In this document: positions 18,760-29,254 of the stretch, piece after piece
How positions within the stretch are numbered: the first letter of the stretch is position 1
How the letters are laid out: each line of letters starts with the position of its first letter
Source of the DNA: Actinobacteria bacterium UBA912
GTDB lineage: Bacteria > Actinomycetota > Coriobacteriia > Anaerosomatales > UBA912
Direction of reading: 5' to 3'
DNA: 43,723 bases
NCBI GenBank assembly: GCA_002293965.1
Contig: DBEG01000100.1
Span: forward strand, 1 to 43,723
Made by a program: the position numbers and the translations under genes
The notes under the pieces: generated by a model
Told to the model about the DNA's origin: nothing
The model's database searches: none
The model's input: the letters and a program-made list of their open reading frames with translations, nothing else

Positions 18760-19542
18760 ATGGTGAAGGTTCTTGTTTGCGGCGCGCTGGGCAAGATGGG
18801 CATGGCTGTTGTTAAGGCTGTAGAGGCCAGTGATGATCTACGCTTGGTCGCTGTAGTCGACACAGGGATCGATCCTGACACCGATATCGCCGATGTTGAC
18901 ACACCTTCCGCATATCGCGATCTTTCCCAGGCTATATCGGCCACCGAACCCGATGTGATGGTTGACTTCACCCACCCGCAGGCGGTTGAGGGCAACCTCA
19001 GGATCGCATTGCGATCCGGCGTCGACTGCGTGGTGGGAACCACGGGTCTCTCACAGGACACACTCGTGACTCTCGCCGAGGAGGCTCCCCAGGGGACGTG
19101 CCTGTTCTTCGCTCCGAACTTCGCTGTGGGAGCCGTACTCATGATGCGATTCGCCGCCGAAGCCGCCAAGTTCATGCCGCATGTGGAGGTCATCGAGTTG
19201 CACCATGACCAGAAAGCAGATGCCCCGAGTGGCACCGCAATGCGAACGGCCTCCCTCATCGCCGAGCGTCGTGCATCCATTCCCGCCTTGGCACCTCAGG
19301 GGTCGGAGATCGTTGCAGGTGCTACCGGGGCACAAGTCGACGGAATCCGGGTGCATTCTATCAGGCTTCCCGGCCTGGTCGCCCACCAAGAGGTCATCTT
19401 CGGCGCTAGCGGTCAAACCCTGACGATCCGCCATGATTCGCTCGATCGCACCTCGTTCATGCCCGGAGTTCTGCTCGCAGTCCGCAAGGTCGGAGGGCTG
19501 GCCGGTTTGGTCGTCGGCCTGGAAACACTGATGGGTGATTAG
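18760..19542 (+). CDS. dapB: 4-hydroxy-tetrahydrodipicolinate reductase
   Basis: N-terminal motif VLVCGALGKMG and catalytic motif ELHHDQKADAPSGTA. 260 aa. Confidence 0.93.
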   Translation: MVKVLVCGALGKMGMAVVKAVEASDDLRLVAVVDTGIDPDTDIADVDTPSAYRDLSQAISATEPDVMVDFTHPQAVEGNLRIALRSGVDCVVGTTGLSQDTLVTLAEEAPQGTCLFFAPNFAVGAVLMMRFAAEAAKFMPHVEVIELHHDQKADAPSGTAMRTASLIAERRASIPALAPQGSEIVAGATGAQVDGIRVHSIRLPGLVAHQEVIFGASGQTLTIRHDSLDRTSFMPGVLLAVRKVGGLAGLVVGLETLMGD

Positions 19543-20794
19543 TTTGTCTTCAGACTCGATCGGCACTCTGGACTCGATAGTCGTCATGAAGTTCGGCGGG
19601 ACATCTACTGCCGATGCACAGAGTCGGCAAGCCGTTGTCGCTAAGGTCGCCAGAGCCATCACAGACGGGAGCCGTCCGGTCGTCGTGGTCAGCGCCATGG
19701 GTAGAGAGGGCTCTCCGTACGCAACCGATACGCTGCTCGCACTGCTTGATGCTGAGACCGCCGACCCTCAGGACTCAGACCTACTTCTTTCAACCGGTGA
19801 GCTCATCTCCGCTGTTGTAGTGGCCCAGGAACTCAGGGCAGCGGGAATCCCTGCAAAAGCGATGTCGGGATCGGACGCCGGCTTGGTCACAGAGGACAAC
19901 CCCGGCGACGCGCGTATCGTTGCTATCCATCCGGATCGCATATTTGAATTGATACGCAGGGACTGCGTCCCGGTTGTTGCTGGCTTCCAGGGGGTCTCGG
20001 TGGTTGGATCGGTAACCACACTCGGTCGGGGAGGTAGCGATACAACGGCATGTGCACTCGGTGTGGCTCTCGGCGCCGAGGCCGTTGAGATCTACTCGGA
20101 TGTCGAAGGCGTCGCCACAGCCGACCCAAGGGTATGTGACGGGACCCGGATACTCGAGGTCATCGGTGCGGACGAGTTGTTCCAACTCGCTAGGCACGGA
20201 GCGCGGGTAGTCCATGCACCTGCAGCTGACCTTGCGCTTCGCAACAACCTCCGGCTTAGGATCCGTGGCACCTTTTCTGAAGAGGGAGGAACCACGGTGT
20301 TGCCGGACGCGCGGTACTCTCCTGAAGGGGTTGCAACCGCACTCTCGCATAAGACCAGTATCGTTCGCGTGCGTGTTGATCTTGCTCACGACGAGGGCAC
20401 TCCGCACCACATGAATGCACAATCAAAGGTCTACTCGGCCATGGCTCAGCGCGGGATATCGCTGGACATGTTCACCCCTGCAGGGCGCTATCTCACCTTC
20501 ACCACGTCATTCGATTGCATGGATGGCCTGAAGGCTGCACTGGACGATCTTTCTCTCGATTACACTGTTCAGTCCGGACTGGCTAAAGTCACCCTTGTCG
20601 GGGCTGGAATGCATGGTATACCCGGCGTGATCGCCAAGATGTCGGCTTGTCTGAACCTCGCAGGCGTCGCCGTATTGCAAAGCGCAGACAGTCACACCAC
20701 CATCTCGGTTGTCGTGGACTCCAATGAACTTAAAGTTGCCCTGGAAGCTCTGAGCAAGGACTTTGATCTTGGTGCTGGGCCGTGCTCGTGCTGA
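19535..20794 (+). CDS. lysC: Aspartate kinase (monofunctional, with two ACT domains)
   Basis: VVMKFGGTS nucleotide-binding N-terminus, TLGRGGSDTTA motif and a C-terminal ACT region. The start is uncertain: GTG 19535, TTG 19544 or ATG 19586. Confidence 0.9.
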   Translation: MISLSSDSIGTLDSIVVMKFGGTSTADAQSRQAVVAKVARAITDGSRPVVVVSAMGREGSPYATDTLLALLDAETADPQDSDLLLSTGELISAVVVAQELRAAGIPAKAMSGSDAGLVTEDNPGDARIVAIHPDRIFELIRRDCVPVVAGFQGVSVVGSVTTLGRGGSDTTACALGVALGAEAVEIYSDVEGVATADPRVCDGTRILEVIGADELFQLARHGARVVHAPAADLALRNNLRLRIRGTFSEEGGTTVLPDARYSPEGVATALSHKTSIVRVRVDLAHDEGTPHHMNAQSKVYSAMAQRGISLDMFTPAGRYLTFTTSFDCMDGLKAALDDLSLDYTVQSGLAKVTLVGAGMHGIPGVIAKMSACLNLAGVAVLQSADSHTTISVVVDSNELKVALEALSKDFDLGAGPCSC

Positions 20795-20894
20795 ACCTAA
20801 GACCCGCAGGGCCACCCAACGATTGGGCGCCATGTGTCGTGGAAGTGCTTTAGAATAGCGGGAGTCGATAAGAATCATATGAGGAGAGCATATT

Positions 20895-21785
20895 ATGACC
20901 AGTCCTAGATTCGGACGCATGATCACCGCCATGGTGACTCCGTTCACTGCAGATGGGTCCCTCGATCTGCCTAGAGCTGGCGCCCTGGCTGACAGGTTGA
21001 TCTCGCAGGGATCCGACGCCCTGGTAGTGTGCGGGACCACTGGTGAGTCCCCTACGGTGTTCTACGATCAAAAACTCGACCTCTTCCGAAGCGTCCTCGA
21101 AGCGAACGCGCGCAGAGTTCCGATCATCGCCAATGTCGGTGACAACTGTACCGATGACTCGATCCACTTTGCCCGCAAGGTCGAAGGACTTGGCGTGGAT
21201 GCATTGATGGCAGTGGTCCCGTACTACAACAAACCACCACAAGAGGGCCTGTATCGTCATTTCCGAGCCATAGCACAAGCTGTTGACTTGCCTGTCATCC
21301 TTTACAACATCCCGGCGCGATGCGTGATCAACATGGAGCCTAGCACCATCGTGCGACTAGCCGATGACTGCCCAAACATCGTCGCAGTCAAGCAGGCGAA
21401 CTCCGATTTGTCTCAAGTCGCTGAGATCATTGCCAGTGCTCCCGCCGGATTCGAGGTCCTTGCAGGGGATGACGAACTCACACTTCCGATGATGGCCATC
21501 GGAGGAACCGGCGTCATCTCGGTTTTGTCCAACATCGCTGGGCCAAGTTTCAAAGAGATGATCGAGGCCCAAGTCGCAGGCGATCATACCCGAGCGCTCA
21601 GACTTCATCTTGAGCTGCTTCCTTTGATCAAGACACTGTTCATCACCGCAAACCCTATTATGGTGAAGAAGGCGTTCGAGTTGATGGGATATCCTGTCGG
21701 AGGGGTCAGACTACCGCTGATTGAAGCCACCCAGGCTCAAGAAGCGGAGTTGTCGGCAGTCCTCAGGCATTTGAATCTCATCTGA
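20895..21785 (+). CDS. dapA: 4-hydroxy-tetrahydrodipicolinate synthase
   Basis: 296 aa with the GTTGESPT motif, YYNKP, and the Schiff-base lysine region IVAVKQA. Confidence 0.95.
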   Translation: MTSPRFGRMITAMVTPFTADGSLDLPRAGALADRLISQGSDALVVCGTTGESPTVFYDQKLDLFRSVLEANARRVPIIANVGDNCTDDSIHFARKVEGLGVDALMAVVPYYNKPPQEGLYRHFRAIAQAVDLPVILYNIPARCVINMEPSTIVRLADDCPNIVAVKQANSDLSQVAEIIASAPAGFEVLAGDDELTLPMMAIGGTGVISVLSNIAGPSFKEMIEAQVAGDHTRALRLHLELLPLIKTLFITANPIMVKKAFELMGYPVGGVRLPLIEATQAQEAELSAVLRHLNLI

Positions 21786-21826
21786 GCCTGTCCGAAGCCT
21801 AGAGAATTGGAGCAACGACACATCTT

Positions 21827-23497
21827 ATGACACACAAAAAGAACCGACTTCGGGTCATCCCCTTGGGGGGACTGGAAGAAATCGGAAAGAACATGACCGT
21901 GTTCGAGTACGGGAACGACATGGTCGTAATAGACGCTGGCATTATGTTTCCTGATGACGCCCATCCTGGAGTCGATCTCATTCTCCCGGACTACTCATAC
22001 ATCCTCAAACGAGTCGACAAGCTCCGCGGCATCATCATCACTCATGGACACGAGGATCACACTGGGGCATTGCCGTATCTCCTTAAGGACCTAGGTGAGT
22101 CTGTACCCGTTCTGGGTACCCGGCTGACTCTGGGCCTGATCAAGGGCAAACTTGAGGAGCATGGTATAAACAAGCCAAAGCTTCGTGAGATTCGATCGGG
22201 TATGCATGTCAATCTGGGGAGCTTCGGCTTCGATTTCATTGCGGTCAACCATTCGATACCCGATAGCGTTGCTGTCGTCATCAGGACTTCGTTCGGAAAC
22301 ATCCTGCATACTGGGGACTTCAAGTTCGACCAGACTCCTGTTGACGGACGCCAGACGGATTACCAGGAACTGGCGAAACTTGGTAAGCAGGGACTCCTGA
22401 TGCTACTGAGCGACTCGACCAACGCCGAAACTCCAGGTACCACGAAGTCCGAGTCGGTTGTCGGACCGACACTGCAATCGATCATGTCTGAGGCCAATCA
22501 ACGCGTGATCATCGCTTCGTTTGCCAGTCATATCCATCGCCTGCAGCAAGTTTGCGATGCCGCCATTGCGTGTGGTCGCAAGGTCGTGGTAACTGGGCGC
22601 TCCATGATCAACAATGTCAAGATTGCGCGAACCTTGGGTTACCTGGATATCGATGACGCCAATATCGTAGATGCATACACGGCTGGCGAAATCCCAGCTG
22701 ATAAGGTGTGCGTGCTATCAACAGGCAGTCAGGGTGAACCGCTTTCCGCACTGTCCCGCATGGCTAGCGGTGAACATAGAGCTGTTCAGATCCAGAGCGG
22801 CGACACTGTGATTATCTCGGCAAGTCCGGTTCCGGGAAACGAGAAGGCCGTTGGCAAGGTCATCAACCGACTGGTCAAGCTCGGTGCTGAAGTCTTCCAC
22901 AAGTCATTCGCTCCGGTCCATGTATCTGGGCACGCTGCTGCAGAAGAGCTCAAACTCATGATCAACCTTGTCAACCCGGAGTACTTCGTTCCAGTCCATG
23001 GCGAATCCAGACATCTGCATGCGCATGCAAAATGTGCTGTTACTGTAGGTGTCGCCTCGGAGAACATCTTCATCATGGAGAATGGCGAGTGCCTTGAGAT
23101 CTCGGATCGCGGAGTCAAAATCTCGGAGAAGGTTCAATCCGGCGTGGTCTATGTCGATGGAATCGGTGTGGGCGATGTCGGGAAACATGTCCTTAAAGAC
23201 AGGCATCTTCTGGCGAAGGACGGCATTGTGACCATTGTGTTTGCCTTCGATTCACGCACTAAGAAGGTGGCATCGGATATCGAGCTGATCATGCGCGGTG
23301 TCACCCTAGCCGACGACGATGTCCTTCACTCTGACACCAGAGAGCGGATACGCAAGACTTTGGACAAGGTTGTACGCGATGATGGCGTGTCCACCGAGGA
23401 TATCGAACGTGCTGTCAGGGATTCTGTATCCAATATGCTTTGGGATAGGACCCGACGCCGTCCGATGGTCGTGCCTGTGGTCATGGAGGTCAATTGA
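21827..23497 (+). CDS. rnj: Ribonuclease J
   Basis: 556 aa with the metallo-beta-lactamase motif THGHEDHTG. It has beta-CASP architecture and the RNase J-type N-terminus RVIPLGGLEEIGKNM. Confidence 0.93.
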   Translation: MTHKKNRLRVIPLGGLEEIGKNMTVFEYGNDMVVIDAGIMFPDDAHPGVDLILPDYSYILKRVDKLRGIIITHGHEDHTGALPYLLKDLGESVPVLGTRLTLGLIKGKLEEHGINKPKLREIRSGMHVNLGSFGFDFIAVNHSIPDSVAVVIRTSFGNILHTGDFKFDQTPVDGRQTDYQELAKLGKQGLLMLLSDSTNAETPGTTKSESVVGPTLQSIMSEANQRVIIASFASHIHRLQQVCDAAIACGRKVVVTGRSMINNVKIARTLGYLDIDDANIVDAYTAGEIPADKVCVLSTGSQGEPLSALSRMASGEHRAVQIQSGDTVIISASPVPGNEKAVGKVINRLVKLGAEVFHKSFAPVHVSGHAAAEELKLMINLVNPEYFVPVHGESRHLHAHAKCAVTVGVASENIFIMENGECLEISDRGVKISEKVQSGVVYVDGIGVGDVGKHVLKDRHLLAKDGIVTIVFAFDSRTKKVASDIELIMRGVTLADDDVLHSDTRERIRKTLDKVVRDDGVSTEDIERAVRDSVSNMLWDRTRRRPMVVPVVMEVN

Positions 23498-24297
23498 TGG
23501 AGGTTGTTTGGGCGCTAATACTCGGAGTCGTTCAGGGCTTCGCGGAGTTTCTACCTATCTCATCCTCTGGCCACTTGAGGCTCATCCAAGATCGATTCAT
23601 GCTACCGGAAACCTTCGGGCTTGCCTTCGACGTTCTGTTGCACATAGGGACCCTGCTCTCCGTTGTGATGTATTTCCGTCTCGACTTGGCCCATATGGCT
23701 TCGGCAATCTTCACCAAATCACCCGAGCGCCGAGATGACAGGCGGCTCCTATTCCTGATTGTGGTTGCAACCGTTCCTACCGGGCTGATCGGGTTGCTCG
23801 GCGGTGATTGGTTCGAGAGCGTTCCTACTCTCTACATCGGTATCGCTCTTGTCATCACCGCACTTCTGCTGAGTGCCGCCGACCGATTGTCTCGTCGCTC
23901 CATTGATTCTGCCGGGCGACTGGGCTATGCACATGCGGTGCTCATTGGTGTCGCACAAGGGCTTGCTATCATGCCGGGTATCTCGCGCTCTGGTGCCACC
24001 ATGGCTGCGGGACTGGGGCTCGGTCTAGACCGCGAACAGGCAGCACGCTTTTCCTTCCTGTTGTCTATTCCAGTAATCCTATTGGCGTCGCTCAAGGAGG
24101 GTTACGAGGTAATTGTCCTCAACGAACCCATCCCGGGAACCGCCGCTCTCATTGTCGGGTTGATTGCTTCGACGCTGACCGGGTATGTCGCCATCGCTGG
24201 CCTCATGCGCTTCATCAAGAGCAATTCCTTCACGGTGTTTGCAATCTACACAGCCATTCTCGGTGCAGCCGTGATAATCTGGCAGACGGTAGGGTAG
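23497..24297 (+). CDS. uppP: Undecaprenyl-diphosphate phosphatase
   Basis: BacA motifs EFLPISSSGHL and PGISRSGATM in a multi-TM protein. ATG 23497 overlaps the rnj TGA by 1 nt and GGAGG lies 7 nt upstream. Confidence 0.92.
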   Translation: MEVVWALILGVVQGFAEFLPISSSGHLRLIQDRFMLPETFGLAFDVLLHIGTLLSVVMYFRLDLAHMASAIFTKSPERRDDRRLLFLIVVATVPTGLIGLLGGDWFESVPTLYIGIALVITALLLSAADRLSRRSIDSAGRLGYAHAVLIGVAQGLAIMPGISRSGATMAAGLGLGLDREQAARFSFLLSIPVILLASLKEGYEVIVLNEPIPGTAALIVGLIASTLTGYVAIAGLMRFIKSNSFTVFAIYTAILGAAVIIWQTVG

Positions 24298-24321
24298 GAA
24301 GGTACGTCGCACAGGATTGAG

Positions 24322-26571
24322 ATGACCTCACACAAGAAGAAGCGCTCTAGAACTTCTGGCACTGGGAAGAAACCCTCGGGACGAAGGATCGATCCGGGCA
24401 ATCCGATGCTCGACCAAAGCTCTCGTCATGACATCATCGGCATAAGCCTTTGTGCGCTCTCGATCGCCATGGGCATCGCACTGTTTGCTGACGGGACCGG
24501 CGTAGTCGGAGAGTACTTCTCCCAGATGGTGGCCTTGGCCTTTGGAGACGGCGGGTACATTCTTCCAGTAATCATGTTGGTTTTTGGAGTCACTTTCTTT
24601 CTACGGCTCAGTACTCTCACAGAGGCCAGGGTCGGTCTGGGTTTAGTGTTGATGTTCACTGCCCTGGTCGCGATGTTTGCTGTTGGTGCCCCATCCGATA
24701 CTTTTTGGACTACGGACAGCGTCGGTGCAAGGGGTGGATATTTTGGTGCCGCCATTGCATGGGTTCTTGTCAGTATGGTCGGAGATACCATCACTTACGT
24801 CTTCCTCGTTGCGCTGATGCTCATAGGGCTTGTGTTGACCGGTGCCTCCGTATCGTCGGCCATCGCCTGGCTACGGGATACATACTCTGCATCTGGGGAC
24901 GAGGACGATGACGTTCCGTGCAAGAAGCGTATCCCTCCTCGCATCAAAGAGAACCTCGCTGTGCCTGACCGAACCTTGAGGGTCGATCAAGAGACTTATG
25001 CTGAGTCTGTTCGAGCAGCCAGGTCCTCGGTTCAGGAAGATCCTGCCAGGCATCGCAAGACCACGCCCTCTCCTCATTTTGCTGCACCAAAGGCAATGGA
25101 GGGATTCGAGCTCCCAGCCTCAACGCTTCTTGAGAGGACCAGCTCCCGTACCGCTAACGTGAATAACGACCGCGAACTGGCCGTCACCGCACGTCTGATT
25201 GAGGACACGCTGGCTACTTTTGACATACCGACGAAGGTTCTACGCTGGATTCCGGGACCTACGGTAACCATGTTCGAGCTCGACCTCACTCGCGGAATCA
25301 AGGTAAGCAGAGTCACCACTTTAGCTGATGATCTGGCTCTATCTTTGGCAGCTCCTACCGTTCGTATCCTTGCACCTATCCCAGGCAAGTCACTCGTCGG
25401 GATAGAAGTTCCCAACGACCGACGCCAAACCGTGACCCTGGGTGATGTTCTCGGCACCGATTCCAAGATGCATGCTTCGGCGGGTCCCTTGTTGCTGGGC
25501 ATAGGGAAGGATGTCGGTGGTGAGTCGGTCCTTGCTGACCTGGCCGCAATGCCACACCTCTTGATCGCTGGATCAACGGGTACTGGAAAATCGGTCTGTA
25601 TCAACGCGCTGCTTTCGAGCATTCTCATGCGGGCTACTCCTAGCGAAGTCCGATTGATCCTCATCGATCCTAAGCGGATCGAATTGTCCCTATACAACGG
25701 TATTCCTCACCTGTATGTTCCAGTGGTCACAGAGGCTAAACAAGCGGCAAGTGCGCTTGCGTGGTCGGTCTCTGAAATGGAAAGGCGATTGAAACTGCTT
25801 CAATCCGCAGGGGCCAGGAATATCGGCATGTACAACGGTCTCCTACACGCTGGGAAACTCCCTGAAGATGCCCAAGAACTCCCATACCTTGTTATCGTGA
25901 TCGACGAACTTGCAGACTTGATGATGGTGGTCGCTAAAGAGGTAGAGGACTCGATCTGCCGGCTGGCCCAGATGGCCAGAGCAGCGGGAATCCATCTGAT
26001 AGTGGCCACTCAGAGGCCAAGCACCGATATCATCACCGGCCTGATCAAGACGAACATTACCAACAGGATCGCCTTTGCTGTTGGTAGCAGCATCGACAGC
26101 CGAGTCATCCTCGATCAGCCGGGTGCCGAGAAATTGGTCGGTTTGGGGGATATGCTCTTCTCGATGCCTGCTTGGCCTAAACCCAAACGTATCCAAGGTG
26201 CGTACATCTCAGAAGCCGAGATCGGCAAGATCATGGAGCACGTCAAGTCTCAGGCTGATCCTGATTATCATGAAGAGATCCTTACTTTGAAGGTGGCTCA
26301 GTCAGGTGGAGGAGTGGATACCGGAGGAGATGCGGATCCTCTGTTGTGGGAGGCTGCCGACATTGTGGTTAACAGCGGCATCGGCTCCACCTCGCTTTTG
26401 CAGCGACGTCTCAAGGTGGGTTATGCTCGTGCTGGTAGAATCATGGATATGCTGGAGACTCGCGGCATCGTCGGCCTACCGGATGGCAGTCGCCCTCGTG
26501 AAGTCTTAGTCGATATAGAGGATCTTGAGGCGATGATGGCCTTCGACGCCCGGGAGATAGCCGGAGATTGA
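24322..26571 (+). CDS. ftsK: DNA translocase FtsK/SpoIIIE
   Basis: N-terminal TM helices and a Pro/charged linker. Walker A is GSTGTGKS and Walker B is LVIVIDELADL. The C-terminal gamma wHTH is LLQRRLKVGYARAGRIMDMLE. Confidence 0.95.
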   Translation: MTSHKKKRSRTSGTGKKPSGRRIDPGNPMLDQSSRHDIIGISLCALSIAMGIALFADGTGVVGEYFSQMVALAFGDGGYILPVIMLVFGVTFFLRLSTLTEARVGLGLVLMFTALVAMFAVGAPSDTFWTTDSVGARGGYFGAAIAWVLVSMVGDTITYVFLVALMLIGLVLTGASVSSAIAWLRDTYSASGDEDDDVPCKKRIPPRIKENLAVPDRTLRVDQETYAESVRAARSSVQEDPARHRKTTPSPHFAAPKAMEGFELPASTLLERTSSRTANVNNDRELAVTARLIEDTLATFDIPTKVLRWIPGPTVTMFELDLTRGIKVSRVTTLADDLALSLAAPTVRILAPIPGKSLVGIEVPNDRRQTVTLGDVLGTDSKMHASAGPLLLGIGKDVGGESVLADLAAMPHLLIAGSTGTGKSVCINALLSSILMRATPSEVRLILIDPKRIELSLYNGIPHLYVPVVTEAKQAASALAWSVSEMERRLKLLQSAGARNIGMYNGLLHAGKLPEDAQELPYLVIVIDELADLMMVVAKEVEDSICRLAQMARAAGIHLIVATQRPSTDIITGLIKTNITNRIAFAVGSSIDSRVILDQPGAEKLVGLGDMLFSMPAWPKPKRIQGAYISEAEIGKIMEHVKSQADPDYHEEILTLKVAQSGGGVDTGGDADPLLWEAADIVVNSGIGSTSLLQRRLKVGYARAGRIMDMLETRGIVGLPDGSRPREVLVDIEDLEAMMAFDAREIAGD

Positions 26572-26580
26572 GAACCAGTT

Positions 26581-27342
26581 ATGGCCGACTCAGTAGGACG
26601 ACAGTTATGCAGGGCTAGGAACGGGCTCGGCTTGTCGTTGAAGGATGCCGAGTCGATCACTAGGATCCGATCGAAGAACCTTCAGGCGATCGAGGACGGG
26701 AACTACGAACTCATTCCCGAACCGGTGTATCTTCGCGGTTATGTCATTGCGTATGCAAGGTATCTCGACCTGGAACCGGAACCACTGCTTGAGGCCCTGG
26801 ATCGGGAACTGGGTACCATCGACGAGCCGCCGCGGATCAGGCCGCGAGAATCCCTGCCTTTGCGTGGGAGTCATGCCGCTCCATCCCTCAAGAAGGGAAT
26901 CGCAACCCTGATGGCTCTGGCCGTCATTGCGGCTCTTGTGTTCGGCATAATTCGACTGACTGCTGTGCGCGAACCACTGACACCCATTCCACCGCTCGAT
27001 GAATCCACGGAAAGTGTCCAGCCGACTCGCGATGCAACCCCCTCGGCATCCGTCGTAGCAACTCCACAGACACAGACCATCACTGATCCACAGTCCCTGG
27101 TCGATGATTTCACATTGCGGATCCACGTCAAGGCGGAGTCGTCCTCTTGGGTCAGGGTTTTGGTTGATGGGCGAGTGGCCTTCGAGGGAGTGTTGATCGG
27201 GGGTCAATATCGCGAGTGGCTTGTGACTGACAGTGCTACCATACGGGTAGGAAGACCCTCGGCGGTTGAAATCACCAAGAACGGACAGACAGTAACTGTT
27301 CCTCCAGGGATGGAAGTTCCCGAACTCACCCTGGAGCCTTGA
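26581..27342 (+). CDS. RodZ-like protein: XRE-type HTH + TM + DUF4115-like C-terminal domain
   Basis: N-terminal HTH LCRARNGLGLSLKDAESITRIRSKNLQAIE, a single TM helix (IATLMALAVIAALVFGII) and a beta-rich C-terminal domain. It sits before pgsA, like Bacillus ymfM. Confidence 0.75.
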   Translation: MADSVGRQLCRARNGLGLSLKDAESITRIRSKNLQAIEDGNYELIPEPVYLRGYVIAYARYLDLEPEPLLEALDRELGTIDEPPRIRPRESLPLRGSHAAPSLKKGIATLMALAVIAALVFGIIRLTAVREPLTPIPPLDESTESVQPTRDATPSASVVATPQTQTITDPQSLVDDFTLRIHVKAESSSWVRVLVDGRVAFEGVLIGGQYREWLVTDSATIRVGRPSAVEITKNGQTVTVPPGMEVPELTLEP

Positions 27343-27406
27343 TATTCCCCTAAGTGTCATATTCAATGGAAGAGGATGGCAAGTCCGCGCTGAAAGGTTT
27401 CAAGTT

Positions 27407-27904
27407 ATGGCAAAGGATCAAAGTTTCGATGTGGTCAGTCAGGTCGATGTCCATGAAGTCGACAATGCAGTACGGCAAGCACAAAAGGAACTTGTACAGA
27501 GATATGATCTGAAGGACAGTGGGTCATCTGTCGATTTGGACAAGGCTGCTCCTTCGGTTGCTATTGTTTCGCCGAGCGATTTCATCGCCAAACAGGTTCG
27601 CGATGTTCTTGAGTCCAAGCTCGTCAAACGATCAGTCGATCTTGCCTCTCTCTCGTGGGGGGCTCCTCAATCGATCTCTGGGGGGAAGGTCAAGGTCAGC
27701 GCCACAATCATCAACGGGATCGATCCTGACATCGCAAAAAAGGTCAATAAGGATATCCGCGATCAGAAGTTCAAGGTCAAGGTCCAGATCGAAGGTGACA
27801 AGCTCCGCGTTTCGGGTCCCAAGCGCGATGACTTGCAGGCTGTGATCGCTTTCCTAAAAGAACAGGACTATGGCATTCCCCTCCAGTATACGAACTATCG
27901 CTAG
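27407..27904 (+). CDS. yajQ: YajQ family (UPF0234) nucleotide-binding protein
   Basis: 165 aa. The N-terminus SFDVVSQVDVHEVDNAVRQAQKELVQRYDLK is typical of YajQ. Confidence 0.9.
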   Translation: MAKDQSFDVVSQVDVHEVDNAVRQAQKELVQRYDLKDSGSSVDLDKAAPSVAIVSPSDFIAKQVRDVLESKLVKRSVDLASLSWGAPQSISGGKVKVSATIINGIDPDIAKKVNKDIRDQKFKVKVQIEGDKLRVSGPKRDDLQAVIAFLKEQDYGIPLQYTNYR

Positions 27905-29254
27905 ATGACAGGCCGCGACACAGGTACAGCCTCTGGGCGCCCCCATGTTCACTTCGTGACTTTGGGATGTCCGAAGAATGAGGTCGATTCCCAGGAGATG
28001 TCGGGTGCTGTTCTATCCTCGGGATATGGTGTGACCGACGATTTGGGCCAAGCCCAAGTCGTCGTCTTGAATACTTGCGGGTTCATTCGTGATGCTGTGG
28101 AGGAATCTGTAGCCGAGGCGCTTGAGCTTGCTGAGTGGCGATCCCTTGAAGAAGGACGCCGTTTGATCGTGGCCGGTTGCATGGTCTCCCGTTACGGAGA
28201 TGAGTTCACTGAATCATTTCCCGAGGCAGATGCGGTCATATCGCTCGCCGAGCGACATAAACTTCCGAAAGTCATCGCATCCCTGATCGGGTCGTCTATA
28301 GACGTCGGCGTCAATCACTTAGCCGCCCTTCGACGTTTGCCGACAGCAACCCCTCATGCCTACCTTATGATCAGTGATGGCTGTGATCGCGCTTGTTCGT
28401 ACTGTACCATCCCTTCCATCAGAGGGAGCTACCGAAGCAAGACGTTCGACAAGGTCACTGAAGAGGCGGATGTCCTGGTTAGGGCAGGAGCAAAAGAAGT
28501 CATCTTGATTGGGCAGGACATCACTTCATGGGGCAAAGACTTACCTGACGATCCCAGAACGCTCGTCGATCTGGTTGATGCGGTTTCCGATACATCCGGA
28601 CTTGCCTGGTTGCGACTCATGTACTGTCAACCCGATGGTTTGACCGAAGCGCTCCTTGAGCTCATGGCTCGAAAGTCAAACATATGCAACTACCTGGATA
28701 TTCCCCTGCAGCATGTTTCCACGGACATCCTCAGGTCAATGCGGCGTAGCGGCTCTCCGGACGCCCTTAGGCAGCTGGTCGCCCGTATCCGAGAAATGAA
28801 TCCGGAAATCACCCTGCGCACCACTTTCATCACGGGCTTTCCCGGTGAGACTCGCGATCAGGGCGCAGAGCTTATGCGCTTCGTCGAGGAGATGGGTTTC
28901 GATTATGTCGGCGTGTTTCCTTTCTCTCCCGAACACGGAACCCCTGCGCATGACCTACCCGGTCAGCTTTCATCAAGAACCAGGATCGCCCGGGCCCAGA
29001 GAGTTCGCGATCTCGCCGACTCATTGGCCTTCGATAAACATGCCGGACACATTGGCAAGAAGATGTCGGTCCTCTCGCTGGGTGTTGATGAGGAGGGCAT
29101 GAATATCGGCCGATGGGCTGGCCAAGCGCCGGACATCGACGGAGTGGTCATACTTGACCGAGCTGTTCCTGCTGGGGAGTTCGTGCAAGCAAGGATCGTT
29201 GACTCTCTTGGATACGATCTGGTGGGGGAGGTGAGTTCCGATGAGACTCTCTGA
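27905..29254 (+). CDS. rimO: Ribosomal protein S12 methylthiotransferase
   Basis: UPF0004 N-terminal domain (FVTLGCPKNEVDS), radical-SAM CDRACSYCTIP and a C-terminal TRAM domain. Confidence 0.9.
   Translation: MTGRDTGTASGRPHVHFVTLGCPKNEVDSQEMSGAVLSSGYGVTDDLGQAQVVVLNTCGFIRDAVEESVAEALELAEWRSLEEGRRLIVAGCMVSRYGDEFTESFPEADAVISLAERHKLPKVIASLIGSSIDVGVNHLAALRRLPTATPHAYLMISDGCDRACSYCTIPSIRGSYRSKTFDKVTEEADVLVRAGAKEVILIGQDITSWGKDLPDDPRTLVDLVDAVSDTSGLAWLRLMYCQPDGLTEALLELMARKSNICNYLDIPLQHVSTDILRSMRRSGSPDALRQLVARIREMNPEITLRTTFITGFPGETRDQGAELMRFVEEMGFDYVGVFPFSPEHGTPAHDLPGQLSSRTRIARAQRVRDLADSLAFDKHAGHIGKKMSVLSLGVDEEGMNIGRWAGQAPDIDGVVILDRAVPAGEFVQARIVDSLGYDLVGEVSSDETL

Noticed and set aside
20795-20894. Possible lysine riboswitch (L-box) upstream of dapA; likewise 39813-39928 upstream of dapL.
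   Set aside because: The spacers (100 and 116 nt) are too short for a ~180-nt L-box, and I see none of its conserved helices. lysC itself has no upstream spacer at all.
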